NCBI GenBank assembly: GCA_016744435.1
Contig: JADGEJ010000009.1
Span: forward strand, 620-64,619
Origin: Lentibacter sp.
Lineage (GTDB): Bacteria; Pseudomonadota; Alphaproteobacteria; Rhodobacterales; Rhodobacteraceae
Length of the DNA: 64,000 nt
Direction of reading: 5' to 3'
Shown here piece after piece: positions 19,401 through 30,480 of this stretch; position 1 is the first letter of the stretch; every line of letters begins with the position of its first letter. The translations under genes and the position numbers were made by a program. The notes beneath the pieces are model-generated. The model saw only the letters and a list, made by a program, of their open reading frames with translations, had not been told where the DNA came from and did no database searches.

Positions 19401-20480
19401 TCAAATCGAGTCAGGGTCCGCGTCCAGAAGTTCCCAACTCATTGGAGTACCTTTGGTTACATCGCGCCCTACACGTCGGCCAATTAGTGCATCAAAATAC
19501 TTCGGCGCTAAGCCAAGGCCAGGGCGAATACGGCGCAAATTCGCCGCAGTGAGTACGTCACCTTGTTTCATGTCTTCGCCGATGTAAAGAGAACGGCGCT
19601 TTTTGCGGCCCGCTTGTTCTGACGCTGTTCCGCCAAACCAGATCTGGCCGAGCGACTGTGCAGCGCGTGTTGTTTCGACAACCAGCTGGGTGAATTCGTC
19701 AGGCTCAAGCGAGAACGCGCTGTCAACGCCGCCTTCGGAGCGGTCGATGATGAAGTGCTTCTCGATCACACTGCCGCCGAGTGCTGTTGCGGCCACGGCC
19801 ACGCCGCAGCCCATGGTGTGGTCTGACAGGCCGTAGTTGACGCCAAAGGTGTTGCCGATCACCGGCATTGTCACAAGGTTGGTGTTTTCTGGCGTCGCCG
19901 GATAGCTTGAAGTGCACTTCAGCAACGTGAGGTTTTTGCAGCCAGCACTGAGCGCCGTTTCAACCGCTTCGCCTATCTCGACAATGCTTGCCATGCCAGT
20001 AGAGATGATCATCGGCTTACCAGTCTGCGCAACGCGGCGCACCAGCGGCAGATCAACTGTTTCAAACGAGGCGATCTTATAGGCCGGCGCATCAAGGCTT
20101 TCGAGCAAGTCAACGGCATCTTCCGAGAACGGCGATGAAAACGCCAAGATGCCCTTTTCTTTCGCGCGATCAAAGATCGGCTTGTGCCACTCGGCGGGCG
20201 TCATCGCGATCTGGTAAAGCTCATAGAGGTTGCGGCCATACCAAAGCGACTTCGGGTCAGTAATGGTAAACTCACCTTCCTTCAGATCAAGCGTCATGCT
20301 GTCTGGCGTGAATGTCTGGATTTTGATCGCGTCAGCACCTGTGGCTGCCGCTGCATCAACAATAGCTAAAGCGCGCTCAAGCGACTGGTTATGATTGCCC
20401 GACATCTCGGCGATGATGAAAGGTGTGCCATCATCTTTGAGGGCGTGGGTTTTTGCCAGTTCCTGTCTCAGTGTCAGCAT
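19401..20480 (-). CDS. pseI: Pseudaminic acid synthase (NeuB family with a C-terminal SAF domain)
   Basis: FIIAEMSGNHNQSLERALAIVDAAAATGADAIKIQTF and the C-terminal SAF-like LYIGEDMKQGDVLTAANLRRIRPG. It is the last biosynthetic gene of the pse operon. Confidence 0.8.
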   Translation of the reverse strand: MLTLRQELAKTHALKDDGTPFIIAEMSGNHNQSLERALAIVDAAAATGADAIKIQTFTPDSMTLDLKEGEFTITDPKSLWYGRNLYELYQIAMTPAEWHKPIFDRAKEKGILAFSSPFSEDAVDLLESLDAPAYKIASFETVDLPLVRRVAQTGKPMIISTGMASIVEIGEAVETALSAGCKNLTLLKCTSSYPATPENTNLVTMPVIGNTFGVNYGLSDHTMGCGVAVAATALGGSVIEKHFIIDRSEGGVDSAFSLEPDEFTQLVVETTRAAQSLGQIWFGGTASEQAGRKKRRSLYIGEDMKQGDVLTAANLRRIRPGLGLAPKYFDALIGRRVGRDVTKGTPMSWELLDADPDSI

Positions 20481-20485
20481 CGTCT

Positions 20486-21409
20486 TCAGGCCTTCTTGTT
20501 GGAATTATCTGCAGTTTCGCGCAGGTCTTGCAGGCCAGCGCGCAAATCAAGCTTCGGGGTCCAGCCTAGCATCTTGCTGGCAAGATTAACATCCATAGCT
20601 GTATGCGGCATAGGGGTGTCGCTGTCAGTGTCGTAGCGTATGTTGCCTGCGTTGCCGAACACCTCGTTGGTTGTCTCGGCGATCTGGCCGATAGACCAAG
20701 CCGTGCCGCCACCAACGTTCACGGGGCCCTGCGCGTCAGTACTTTGCAGCGCGGCTAATATGGCCGAGGTGGCGTCGCGCACATAGAGCTGGTCAATCCG
20801 GTAGTCGGGGTTGCCTGTCAGCACGATCGTTTCGCGCGCCTGCGCCTGACCGATGAATTTCATCATCGCGGGCGTACCCTTTTCGCCGTGGCCATAGACA
20901 GCGGCAAACCGCAGTGAAACCTGCGCTGGGCCACGCGTGCGCGTCAGCATTTCAAGGTGCTGCTCGGCCATGAGTTTGGACAAGGCATAGGCGTTGATAG
21001 GGCGCTCAGGCGCGTCCTCGCGGTAGGGCAGACCAGACGCTGGAGAGTAGACAGCGATCGTCGAAGCAAAGACAATCTTGCGCACCCCGGCCTCGCGCGC
21101 GGCATTCACCAAATCAGCAATCATCGCGACATTGGGTTGCCAGAACGGGCCGATATCCATCGGCGCGTCTTCCCGCGTCATGCGGCGCCCTGCAAGGTGC
21201 ACAACCGCGTCGGCACCCTCAAAGGCCTCTACGAGGCTGGCGAAGCTGTAGTCTGTCTGGCGTGCTTGCGGGCCGATGGGAGCCGAGCGACCAATGCTGA
21301 CGCAACTATAGCCCGCAGCGTGCAGATCATCGCGCAGATAACGGCCGATAAACCCGCCTGCGCCGGTGACAGCGACGGTGCCAGTCGTTATGCCAGCGGC
21401 ATCGCTCAT
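20486..21409 (-). CDS. NAD-dependent epimerase/dehydratase (extended SDR)
   Basis: Rossmann motif VTGAGGFIGRYL and catalytic YALSK. It has a 4-nt overlap with the upstream ATP-grasp gene. Confidence 0.8.
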   Translation of the reverse strand: MSDAAGITTGTVAVTGAGGFIGRYLRDDLHAAGYSCVSIGRSAPIGPQARQTDYSFASLVEAFEGADAVVHLAGRRMTREDAPMDIGPFWQPNVAMIADLVNAAREAGVRKIVFASTIAVYSPASGLPYREDAPERPINAYALSKLMAEQHLEMLTRTRGPAQVSLRFAAVYGHGEKGTPAMMKFIGQAQARETIVLTGNPDYRIDQLYVRDATSAILAALQSTDAQGPVNVGGGTAWSIGQIAETTNEVFGNAGNIRYDTDSDTPMPHTAMDVNLASKMLGWTPKLDLRAGLQDLRETADNSNKKA

Positions 21410-22536
21410 GCGCGTTTCCTGACGTAATAGCCGATCACTTCCAGTGTGCCGTTCACAGCGCGGACTGTCTCGCCCGCTTCGTAGCGGTATTCGTGATAGC
21501 TCGCGTCCTCCGGTGCGGGAAAGATGCTTGGCTCGAACGCGGTATCAGGTGGCACTTGCTGAAACATCAGCTCGTGAATGCCTTCCTGCAAGGTGCCCTC
21601 AGCGGCATTTGGCAATGTCGGCACATCGGCGGCACCTGTGAGGCAGTTCACGGCCATTTCAATCAGATCAGCGCCAGTGGTTGCTTTGATCAAACGCCAC
21701 ATGTGGCAGCCGTCAAGCCGAGGAGCGATCTCGATGATGCGCGGGCCTTCTGGCGTGACGATCATCTGGAAGTAAAGCACCCCGTCGCGCGCGCCCATTG
21801 CGGCGATCACGCCATCAACCAGCTCAAGAGCGGCACGTTGGTTTGCAGGTGAAACATTCTCGGTCGGCACCAAGTGCCCAACCGGAACACCCAGCGCATG
21901 CGGGCCGTGGACCAAACGCTCGGAGAGAACTTTGAGGCGTGTCTTGCCACCGCAAACGAGCACGTTGCACGAAATTTCGACACCCTCGAGAAAGCCTTCT
22001 ACGATCGCTTGTTTTGAGTGCGAAAAGCCAAGCGCGTTGTTCACGGCGACTTCGATATCTTCAGGGCGATCAACCCGCACAACCCCGCGCTGACCCTGGC
22101 CATCGGTGGGTTTGACGATGCACGGAAAATGCGCCCATTCGCTGGCTTCATCTGCGGCGGCGATCTGGATGAATGGCACGGGCGAGAGCTTGTTCTCGTG
22201 CAGAAACGCGCGGAAAGCGGCTTTGTTGTCGAGCAGATCAATAAAGGCACTGTCGTAGAAATGCGGCAGGCCAAGCCGCTCTGAAAGAGCCACGACCGAG
22301 CGCATCGCGACATCAGAGGAAATCGAGTACACAAGGTCAACGGCGTGGCGCTTGGCAACCTCTTCCAGCGCGTCCAGATCAACGATGTTGACAGCTTCGA
22401 CGACATCACAAAACGCTTGTCCGGACTCGCCAGCAACGGGGGAACAGCCGATCACAAACCAGCCCAGGTCTTTCATGTGGCGGATCAAGTCGGCTTGGCC
22501 GGCGTTGGTGCCGAGAATAAGGATCTTCTTTGTCAT
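21406..22536 (-). CDS. ATP-grasp domain ligase
   Basis: 376 aa with PCIVKPTDGQGQRGV, EGFLEGVEISCNVL and IIEIAPRLDG, which fit an ATP-grasp fold. It has 4-nt overlaps with pseG upstream and the SDR downstream. Confidence 0.75.
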   Translation of the reverse strand: MTKKILILGTNAGQADLIRHMKDLGWFVIGCSPVAGESGQAFCDVVEAVNIVDLDALEEVAKRHAVDLVYSISSDVAMRSVVALSERLGLPHFYDSAFIDLLDNKAAFRAFLHENKLSPVPFIQIAAADEASEWAHFPCIVKPTDGQGQRGVVRVDRPEDIEVAVNNALGFSHSKQAIVEGFLEGVEISCNVLVCGGKTRLKVLSERLVHGPHALGVPVGHLVPTENVSPANQRAALELVDGVIAAMGARDGVLYFQMIVTPEGPRIIEIAPRLDGCHMWRLIKATTGADLIEMAVNCLTGAADVPTLPNAAEGTLQEGIHELMFQQVPPDTAFEPSIFPAPEDASYHEYRYEAGETVRAVNGTLEVIGYYVRKRA

Positions 22537-23582
22537 ACTGTCTCTCTTTCTAGCAAGGCATCCACAAGGCGCGTAGTGCCTTTTCCGTCAACAACTGCGC
22601 AGCCCTTGGCGGCCATCTGCGCACGTGCGGCTTCATCGTTTATCATCTTGTGTGTCGCCTTTAAAAGCTGCGCGCGCGACACGTCTTCAAACTGGCCAAG
22701 ATAGGATGCTCCTGTCAGGTCTTGCCAGCCAAGGCAAGGGCGCTGCTGATTGCCAGCGAGGCCCAAAAACAGGGTTGGCAAACCGCAAGCCGCGGCTTCA
22801 TAGCTCATCGTGCCGCCGCCGATAATGCACATATCACAGCCAAGCATCAGCTCGACAAGGTTCTGCGGCGCGACGTGCAACTCGGCAGCACCTTCAGGCA
22901 GCGCGGCGATCATCTCGGCAATGCTATCGCGGCGCGGATTGCTCGGGCCAGACACAACAACCAGCGTCACATCAGAGCCAATTTGCCCGGCAAGTGATGT
23001 TAGCACATTGCTGATAGCGCCACGGTCGTCACCGCCGCCAAAGGACACCAGTATGCGCCGAACTGCCCGCCCGTGGGGGCGCAGTTTCAAGCCGTTGAAC
23101 GCTGGCCGCAGCACTGCATAGGCGGGGCCAAACAGCGTTTGGGTGTGCGCCGCGTCTTCAAGCCATTGCAAATATTGCTCACGCCGCTCAAACGGGCTGG
23201 CGTTGACCAGAATATCGCAACTGAACGGCCAAGGCGCGCTGGCATCAAATTGCTGCATCCAGCGGATGCCTGCACCACGCAGAAGATGCTGATATTCAGG
23301 GTCAGTACGGTAGTCATCCATGATAACATGCCGCGCACTGGCTTCTGCACAGGCCTGCAATACGCGCGCGGCGTCATCTTGCGATGTGCCGCGCTCGGGC
23401 ACGGGCTGCCAGCTTTGAAAAAGTGTGCTGTCTTCGGGCTGCTTGAGGCTTTCTGGCGGGCCGATGATATGAGCGTCATGGCCCGTCTCACCCAAGTGCC
23501 GTGCGATCTCGCGGCAGCGCATCAGGTGGCCGATGCCAACTGTCGGGCTGACATTGCAGCGCATGACAACCGGGCCGCTCAC
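22533..23582 (-). CDS. pseG: UDP-2,4-diacetamido-2,4,6-trideoxy-beta-L-altropyranose hydrolase
   Basis: N-terminal MRCNVSPTVGIGHLMRCREIARHL and a C-terminal GT28-like region (GGGTMSYEAAACGLP). It sits in the position expected between pseF and pseH/pseI. Confidence 0.75.
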   Translation of the reverse strand: MSGPVVMRCNVSPTVGIGHLMRCREIARHLGETGHDAHIIGPPESLKQPEDSTLFQSWQPVPERGTSQDDAARVLQACAEASARHVIMDDYRTDPEYQHLLRGAGIRWMQQFDASAPWPFSCDILVNASPFERREQYLQWLEDAAHTQTLFGPAYAVLRPAFNGLKLRPHGRAVRRILVSFGGGDDRGAISNVLTSLAGQIGSDVTLVVVSGPSNPRRDSIAEMIAALPEGAAELHVAPQNLVELMLGCDMCIIGGGTMSYEAAACGLPTLFLGLAGNQQRPCLGWQDLTGASYLGQFEDVSRAQLLKATHKMINDEAARAQMAAKGCAVVDGKGTTRLVDALLERETV

Positions 23583-24286
23583 CCCAAGGAACCTTTTGAG
23601 CGCAGAACTTCGAACAGGGCCTCGGCGAGGCTCCAGTCGTCAGGCGTGTCGATATCGACAGCACGCTCACGCGGCATCAGAAAGGGCAGGGATTGCGGCG
23701 AGAACATTGGCTGCTCGCTCACAAAGGCATCGCGCTTTCCCCAATAAAACATGCCGACGTCATGGAAGGCTTCCGGCAGGTCTTGCGTGCGCGTGCTGCG
23801 GTGCTCGGGAAACAGCATTTCGACGCCGCCATCTTTGGCGCGGGTCATGGCTCGCTGCACTGGATGAGCATATTCGGCGGCGGCAAATGCAAAGTGTTTG
23901 CTCTCGTCTTGCATCAGGGCCGCACGCGCTTGGAGTAGGTCAGCAGCCGTCGCGAAGGCAGCTGTCGCATAGACCGTGCACACCATTTCGACAGTTTGCC
24001 CGTGGCGCTTTTCCGCATCCAAAATAGCATGGTTGATAACCCCACGCGCCGGGCTCATGTCGTCAGACAGTTCGGCAGGGCGCATAAACGGAACGCTGGC
24101 TCCGGCTGCGCGCGCCACATCAGCGATCTCTGCGTCATCCGTTGAAACGATAACCTCATCAAACACCCCCGCTTCCAAAGCGGCAGCGATTGGCCAGCCG
24201 ATCATGGAGCGACCAGCAAATGGAATAACGTTTTTGCGGGGGATACGTTTGGAGCCGCCACGCGCGGGAATGATCGCGATTTGCAT
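23579..24286 (-). CDS. pseF: Pseudaminic acid cytidylyltransferase (CMP-NulO synthetase family)
   Basis: MQIAIIPARGGSKRIPRKN. I chose the ATG at 24286 because a GAGG RBS lies upstream; the ORF track starts 12 codons earlier. Confidence 0.8.
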   Translation of the reverse strand: MQIAIIPARGGSKRIPRKNVIPFAGRSMIGWPIAAALEAGVFDEVIVSTDDAEIADVARAAGASVPFMRPAELSDDMSPARGVINHAILDAEKRHGQTVEMVCTVYATAAFATAADLLQARAALMQDESKHFAFAAAEYAHPVQRAMTRAKDGGVEMLFPEHRSTRTQDLPEAFHDVGMFYWGKRDAFVSEQPMFSPQSLPFLMPRERAVDIDTPDDWSLAEALFEVLRSKGSLG

Positions 24287-24340
24287 AGTCAAGCCTCGGT
24301 TCTGCGAGAGGCCGACGGGCATGCCGCGCCGGCCATTTCG

Positions 24341-26505
<2,165 letters not shown>

Positions 26506-26512
26506 TTAACTA

Positions 26513-26527
26513 TTAATTCTCGGTTAA
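26513..26527. promoter_or_regulatory. Perfect CtrA-type box TTAA-N7-TTAA immediately upstream of pseB
   Basis: The sequence ttaattctcggttaa lies 20-34 nt upstream of the pseB ATG, inside an AT-rich 157-nt gap. Confidence 0.35.
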
Positions 26528-26586
26528 TTCCTACAGCGCAAAGTATCAATAGAGGTATACCCTACTTGTGACTCTGAACTGTGTTG

Positions 26587-26600
26587 GTTTTTAAAAAAAA
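26587..26600. repeat. Homopolymer tract T5A9
   Basis: The sequence tttttaaaaaaaaa lies in the methyltransferase-pseB intergenic region. A tract like this is unusual in a roughly 60% GC background. Confidence 0.9.
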
Positions 26601-26650
26601 AGTACTCGGTATCGTATGTTGAAATTGACTTACCGCTTTCAAACGGGTCG

Positions 26651-27421
26651 TCAAATTGGCTTGCGGCCCGCATAGTTTACTCGGACATTCTCGCGCCACC
26701 CGCCAAATGCGTCGGGCTTCACGGCGTTTCGGCCCTGACCGCGCACATCGCGACGGCGTTCCGTGTAGTCAAACTCTGATGTCAGGCACTCAAGTCCCTC
26801 AAAAAGTGATTTTAAGCCCTCGGCAGTATAGCGCCAATAGTCGATGGGGCAAGGATGGTAACGCCATGCAAACAAGGTGCTGTGCACTGTCACACCGCCG
26901 GGTTTCAAGATCCGCTGGATCTCAGAGGCTGCCAACCAAGGCTTGTTGATGTGCTCGAAGACATCAAAGCTGAAGATGAAGTCATAGCTGTTGTCGGCGA
27001 TATGCGGGCAGTTGGTTATGTCTCCCACCGCCACTTCAATGTCGGCCCCGGGCGCGCCTTTGAGGTCAAGCGCCTGATAACGGAACTCTTTGAACTCAGC
27101 GTTGCGCGGGTTGTGGCGGCCACCAATCTCGAGCATCAGGCCGTCGTTGACCTTACCGCGCGTTAAGGCGTCGCGGGTCATGTCGCGGACTCGGTCCCAG
27201 CGGGGGGTACCAAGCTTCCAAGCATTCCCGTCAGCTTCAAACTGGCGCAGCTTGAGTGTCGCGCTTCCGTCAGCCGAAAAGGGCCCCTTGCCGCTTTGAC
27301 CGGCCTGCACCGCTTGAGTGATGCGATCATCAACAAGTGAGGAAAGCGACCGCGAATTTACAAGGCGCGACGGATCACTGAATGCCTTCATGGCGGCGGA
27401 GATACGTTTTTTCAGTCCCAT
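26651..27421 (-). CDS. Class I SAM-dependent methyltransferase
   Basis: Motif I-like LEIGG, an acidic loop, and DFIFSFDVFEHI...LKPGGV, which fits the Methyltransf_11-like pattern. Confidence 0.7.
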   Translation of the reverse strand: MGLKKRISAAMKAFSDPSRLVNSRSLSSLVDDRITQAVQAGQSGKGPFSADGSATLKLRQFEADGNAWKLGTPRWDRVRDMTRDALTRGKVNDGLMLEIGGRHNPRNAEFKEFRYQALDLKGAPGADIEVAVGDITNCPHIADNSYDFIFSFDVFEHINKPWLAASEIQRILKPGGVTVHSTLFAWRYHPCPIDYWRYTAEGLKSLFEGLECLTSEFDYTERRRDVRGQGRNAVKPDAFGGWRENVRVNYAGRKPI

Positions 27422-27484
27422 GATGACCCTTTAGATCGAGTTTTTTTCCGGTGCTCCGCTTGTTTCGCGCAGACACCTGACAGT

Positions 27485-28231
27485 TTATCCCCGCCTTATG
27501 CGGTTGAAACTGTGAGAAAGCAAACAGGCAAGCGCTTTTTTACGCGAGAAGCCTAAGTGCGCGCGGTAAACGCGCCACGTACCAAGCGATGCGACCAGTT
27601 TGTTGTTGGACAGAGAATTGCTGACAACGTGATAATCCAGCAAAATCTCGTTAAGACCATGGGCCTTGTGGTGCGTCTTGAGCAGGTCAAGCCAGAGCGC
27701 ATAGTCTTGCCGTCTGTGAAACGCAGGCATCGGCGTTTTTCCGCAGATTGCGCTGTCGTATATGGCCGTTGAGCAGCAGATCACGTTGCCCCGCAACAGC
27801 GCCTCGTAAGTTGTGCTTTGCGGCACTTGCACAGGGCGCGATCCGTTTTTACTGACGCGGTTAAAGCCGGTGTAACTAAGTGCTGCGCCCGTGCGTTCCA
27901 TAAGTGCGATCTGATGGTCTAGCTTGTTAGGCCACCATGCATCATCGGCATCCAGAAAAGCAATGTAGCGCCCGCGTGCTGCTGCAATGGCAAGGTTGCG
28001 GGCCGCTGCAACGCCCTGATTCGCGGGCAGCTCATCAAAGAAGATATTCGCCGCAACGTCTGCAAATCTTTGGGCGATCTTGCTTGTCGCATCGCTTGAG
28101 CCGTCGTCAACAATACGCAGTTCCCAGTCGGTGAAGCTCTGCGCCTGCACCGAGGCAACAGCCTGCTCGAGTGTCGCAGCCGCATTATAGGCGGGCAGAA
28201 CAACAGTGACACGGGGAGTGCTTGGCAACAT
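27485..28231 (-). CDS. Family 2 glycosyltransferase
   Basis: VTVVLPAYNAAATLEQAVASVQAQSFTDWELRIVDDGSSD and the DxD region AFLDADDAWWPNKL. Confidence 0.85.
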   Translation of the reverse strand: MLPSTPRVTVVLPAYNAAATLEQAVASVQAQSFTDWELRIVDDGSSDATSKIAQRFADVAANIFFDELPANQGVAAARNLAIAAARGRYIAFLDADDAWWPNKLDHQIALMERTGAALSYTGFNRVSKNGSRPVQVPQSTTYEALLRGNVICCSTAIYDSAICGKTPMPAFHRRQDYALWLDLLKTHHKAHGLNEILLDYHVVSNSLSNNKLVASLGTWRVYRAHLGFSRKKALACLLSHSFNRIRRG

Positions 28232-28248
28232 CTGTTCCTTCGGGTGCT

Positions 28249-29064
28249 CTATTTGAGCAACATTGACTGGCCGTAACGATACAGCATGAGAAAACCAAAG
28301 AACATTGGAACTAGCGCTAGAAAAATCACAAACGAGACCATCGGATATTGCGGGTCATAAGTTGCGTAAAAGCCTTCACGTGACATCCCGACAACATGAA
28401 CGATCGGATTGAACCAAAGCAGATCCTGGATCGCGCGGGGCAGGTCTTCAAAGGTGTAAAACACGCCTGACACCAGCATCAAAGGGCGCGTTGCCACGCC
28501 CCAAAGTGACTTCCAGATCGGAAATGAAAAGAAGGCATATGCGTTGAACACTCCAAAGCCGAAGCCCAGAAAGGCGCTGAGTGCAAATGCCAGAAAGACA
28601 GGCCCAAAATCTACGCTCTCCTGAATGCCTTGCTGCAGGTAAATGCCTGTGAGGATGATCGCGCAGACCATAATCTGCGTCAGAATCGCCAGCAACGCAC
28701 GCGCCACGACAACATCAACCAGCGTTACGCGCGGGTAGCCTAACAGCGCCAAATTAAAGGCAATTGAATTGCCAACATTTGCGGAAACTTCCTGAAACAT
28801 CCTCAAAGGCAGCAGGCCTGTCGCGTAAAACATTAGAAAACTCGTGCCAAGCGAAGGTGCGCGCAGCAAAAGCGAAAACCCAAGCGCCAGCACCAGGATT
28901 GTGCCGACAGGCTGCAACACCGCCCAGACATAGCCACCTGGTGAGCGGCCATAAGTTGTCGACATCTCGCGCAAAATAAGTGCCGCAACAGTGCGGGCCA
29001 TGGGGAACCGCAGATCAGGTGTTTGCGGGCGGGCGGGCCGGTCTGGTTCTTTCGCTACGTCCAT
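28249..29064 (-). CDS. kpsM: Capsule/polysaccharide ABC-2 exporter permease
   Basis: 271 aa with about 6 TM in an ABC-2 pattern. It is divergent from kpsE-kpsT. Confidence 0.8.
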   Translation of the reverse strand: MDVAKEPDRPARPQTPDLRFPMARTVAALILREMSTTYGRSPGGYVWAVLQPVGTILVLALGFSLLLRAPSLGTSFLMFYATGLLPLRMFQEVSANVGNSIAFNLALLGYPRVTLVDVVVARALLAILTQIMVCAIILTGIYLQQGIQESVDFGPVFLAFALSAFLGFGFGVFNAYAFFSFPIWKSLWGVATRPLMLVSGVFYTFEDLPRAIQDLLWFNPIVHVVGMSREGFYATYDPQYPMVSFVIFLALVPMFFGFLMLYRYGQSMLLK

Positions 29065-29136
29065 CTTTACTAGAATTCCTGCCAGAGATATGTGATCATC
29101 ACTTAGTTATCATATACATGGGCGTGGACCAAACAC

Positions 29137-30471
29137 TTGGCCGATAATCAAAAAACACCCGAGCAGTCTCAAACACCTTCTGCAGTCGAGAGCAAGCCAG
29201 TACCTGCTCCAGAGGCACCCAAGGCACCGGAGCCAAAGCCCGTTCTTGCGGTGCCTGCCTCCGCTGTGAAGCCCGCAACTGCAGCCAAGCCGGCCCCCGC
29301 CAAGCCTGTGCCCGCAAAGCCAGCCCCTGCCAAGATTGATATCGCTCCGACAGTGGCGCCCGCCCGCCCAAAGCGCAGGCATGTCATGTTGCTTGTCAGC
29401 TTCTTGGTGTTGGTGTTGCTTCCGGCAGCCATTTTCGCGGGATACCTCTGGATAAAGGCGGTTGATCAGTACGCCTCTAACGTGGGCTTTACTGTGCGCC
29501 GCGAAGAAGCGCCAACCGCTGTTGATCTGATCGGCGGGCTAAGCAACCTGTCCTCCTCAAGCTCGTCAGACAGTGACGTGCTTTACGAGTTTATCCAGTC
29601 TCAGGAGCTGATTCAGCAAATTGACGACAAGCTTGATCTGCGCAAGATTTATTCCGAGCATCACTCCGGAGATCCGCTGTTCACCCTTAAGGAAGGCAGT
29701 AACATCGAGGAGCTTTTGCAATACTGGAAGCGCATGGTTCAGATTTCCTATGCACCGGGCACCGGCCTTATCCAGATCAAGGCACTCGCTTTTACGCCGC
29801 AAGATGCGCAAAACATCTCTACCGAGATATTTGAGAAAAGCTTGGTGATGATCAACGAGCTGTCGGCAGTCGCGCGCAACGACACGATGCGCTATGCCAC
29901 TGAAGAGCTTGATCTCGCGATCATACAGCTCAAAGAAGCTCGTCAAGCGCTGACGCGGTTTCGCTCAGTGAACCAGATCGTCAACCCGACAGCCGACATT
30001 CAAGTTCAGATGGGGTTGCTCACGACACTTCAACAGCAACTTGGCGAAGAGCTGATCACCTTTGATTTGCTCAAGGAGAACATCAAAGACAGCGATCCGC
30101 GACTTGTGCAATCTGAGCTCAAGATCAAGGCGATCAGAGCCCGGATCACAGAAGAGCGGCTGAAGCTTGGCACCGGTGGTTCAACGATCAGCGGCGAGAG
30201 CTATGCAACGCTTTTTGCTGATTTCGAGCGCCTGTCGATAGACCGTGAGTTTGCCGAGCAGAAATATACCGGAGCCTTGTCAAACCTTGACAGCGCCCGC
30301 GCCGATGCGCGCCGCCAGAACCGTTATCTCGCTGCGTTTATTCGCCCGACATTGCCTGAAAGTGCCGAGTATCCACGCCGCTTGCTTGTGCTGGCGGTGG
30401 CCACGTTCTTCCTGTTGGCGGCTTGGAGCATTCTCGCCCTGATCTATTACTCGCTGCGTGACCGCCGCTAA
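29137..30471 (+). CDS. kpsE: Capsule export inner-membrane (PCP-3, KpsE-like) protein with a Pro/Ala/Lys-rich N-terminal extension
   Basis: TM helix, then YASNVGFTVRRE, a long coiled-coil region, and a C-terminal TM (the KpsE/RkpR pattern). The TTG start at 29137 is uncertain; in-frame GTG codons and the ATG at about 29383 are alternatives. Confidence 0.7.
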   Translation: MADNQKTPEQSQTPSAVESKPVPAPEAPKAPEPKPVLAVPASAVKPATAAKPAPAKPVPAKPAPAKIDIAPTVAPARPKRRHVMLLVSFLVLVLLPAAIFAGYLWIKAVDQYASNVGFTVRREEAPTAVDLIGGLSNLSSSSSSDSDVLYEFIQSQELIQQIDDKLDLRKIYSEHHSGDPLFTLKEGSNIEELLQYWKRMVQISYAPGTGLIQIKALAFTPQDAQNISTEIFEKSLVMINELSAVARNDTMRYATEELDLAIIQLKEARQALTRFRSVNQIVNPTADIQVQMGLLTTLQQQLGEELITFDLLKENIKDSDPRLVQSELKIKAIRARITEERLKLGTGGSTISGESYATLFADFERLSIDREFAEQKYTGALSNLDSARADARRQNRYLAAFIRPTLPESAEYPRRLLVLAVATFFLLAAWSILALIYYSLRDRR

Positions 30472-30480
30472 AGGTTTCTG

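Noticed and set aside
29088-29116. Imperfect inverted repeat (tatgtgat ... atcatata) in the kpsM/kpsE divergent promoter
   Set aside because: Only 7 of 8 bp pair, in AT-rich sequence, so it is easily explained by chance. I did not call it an operator.
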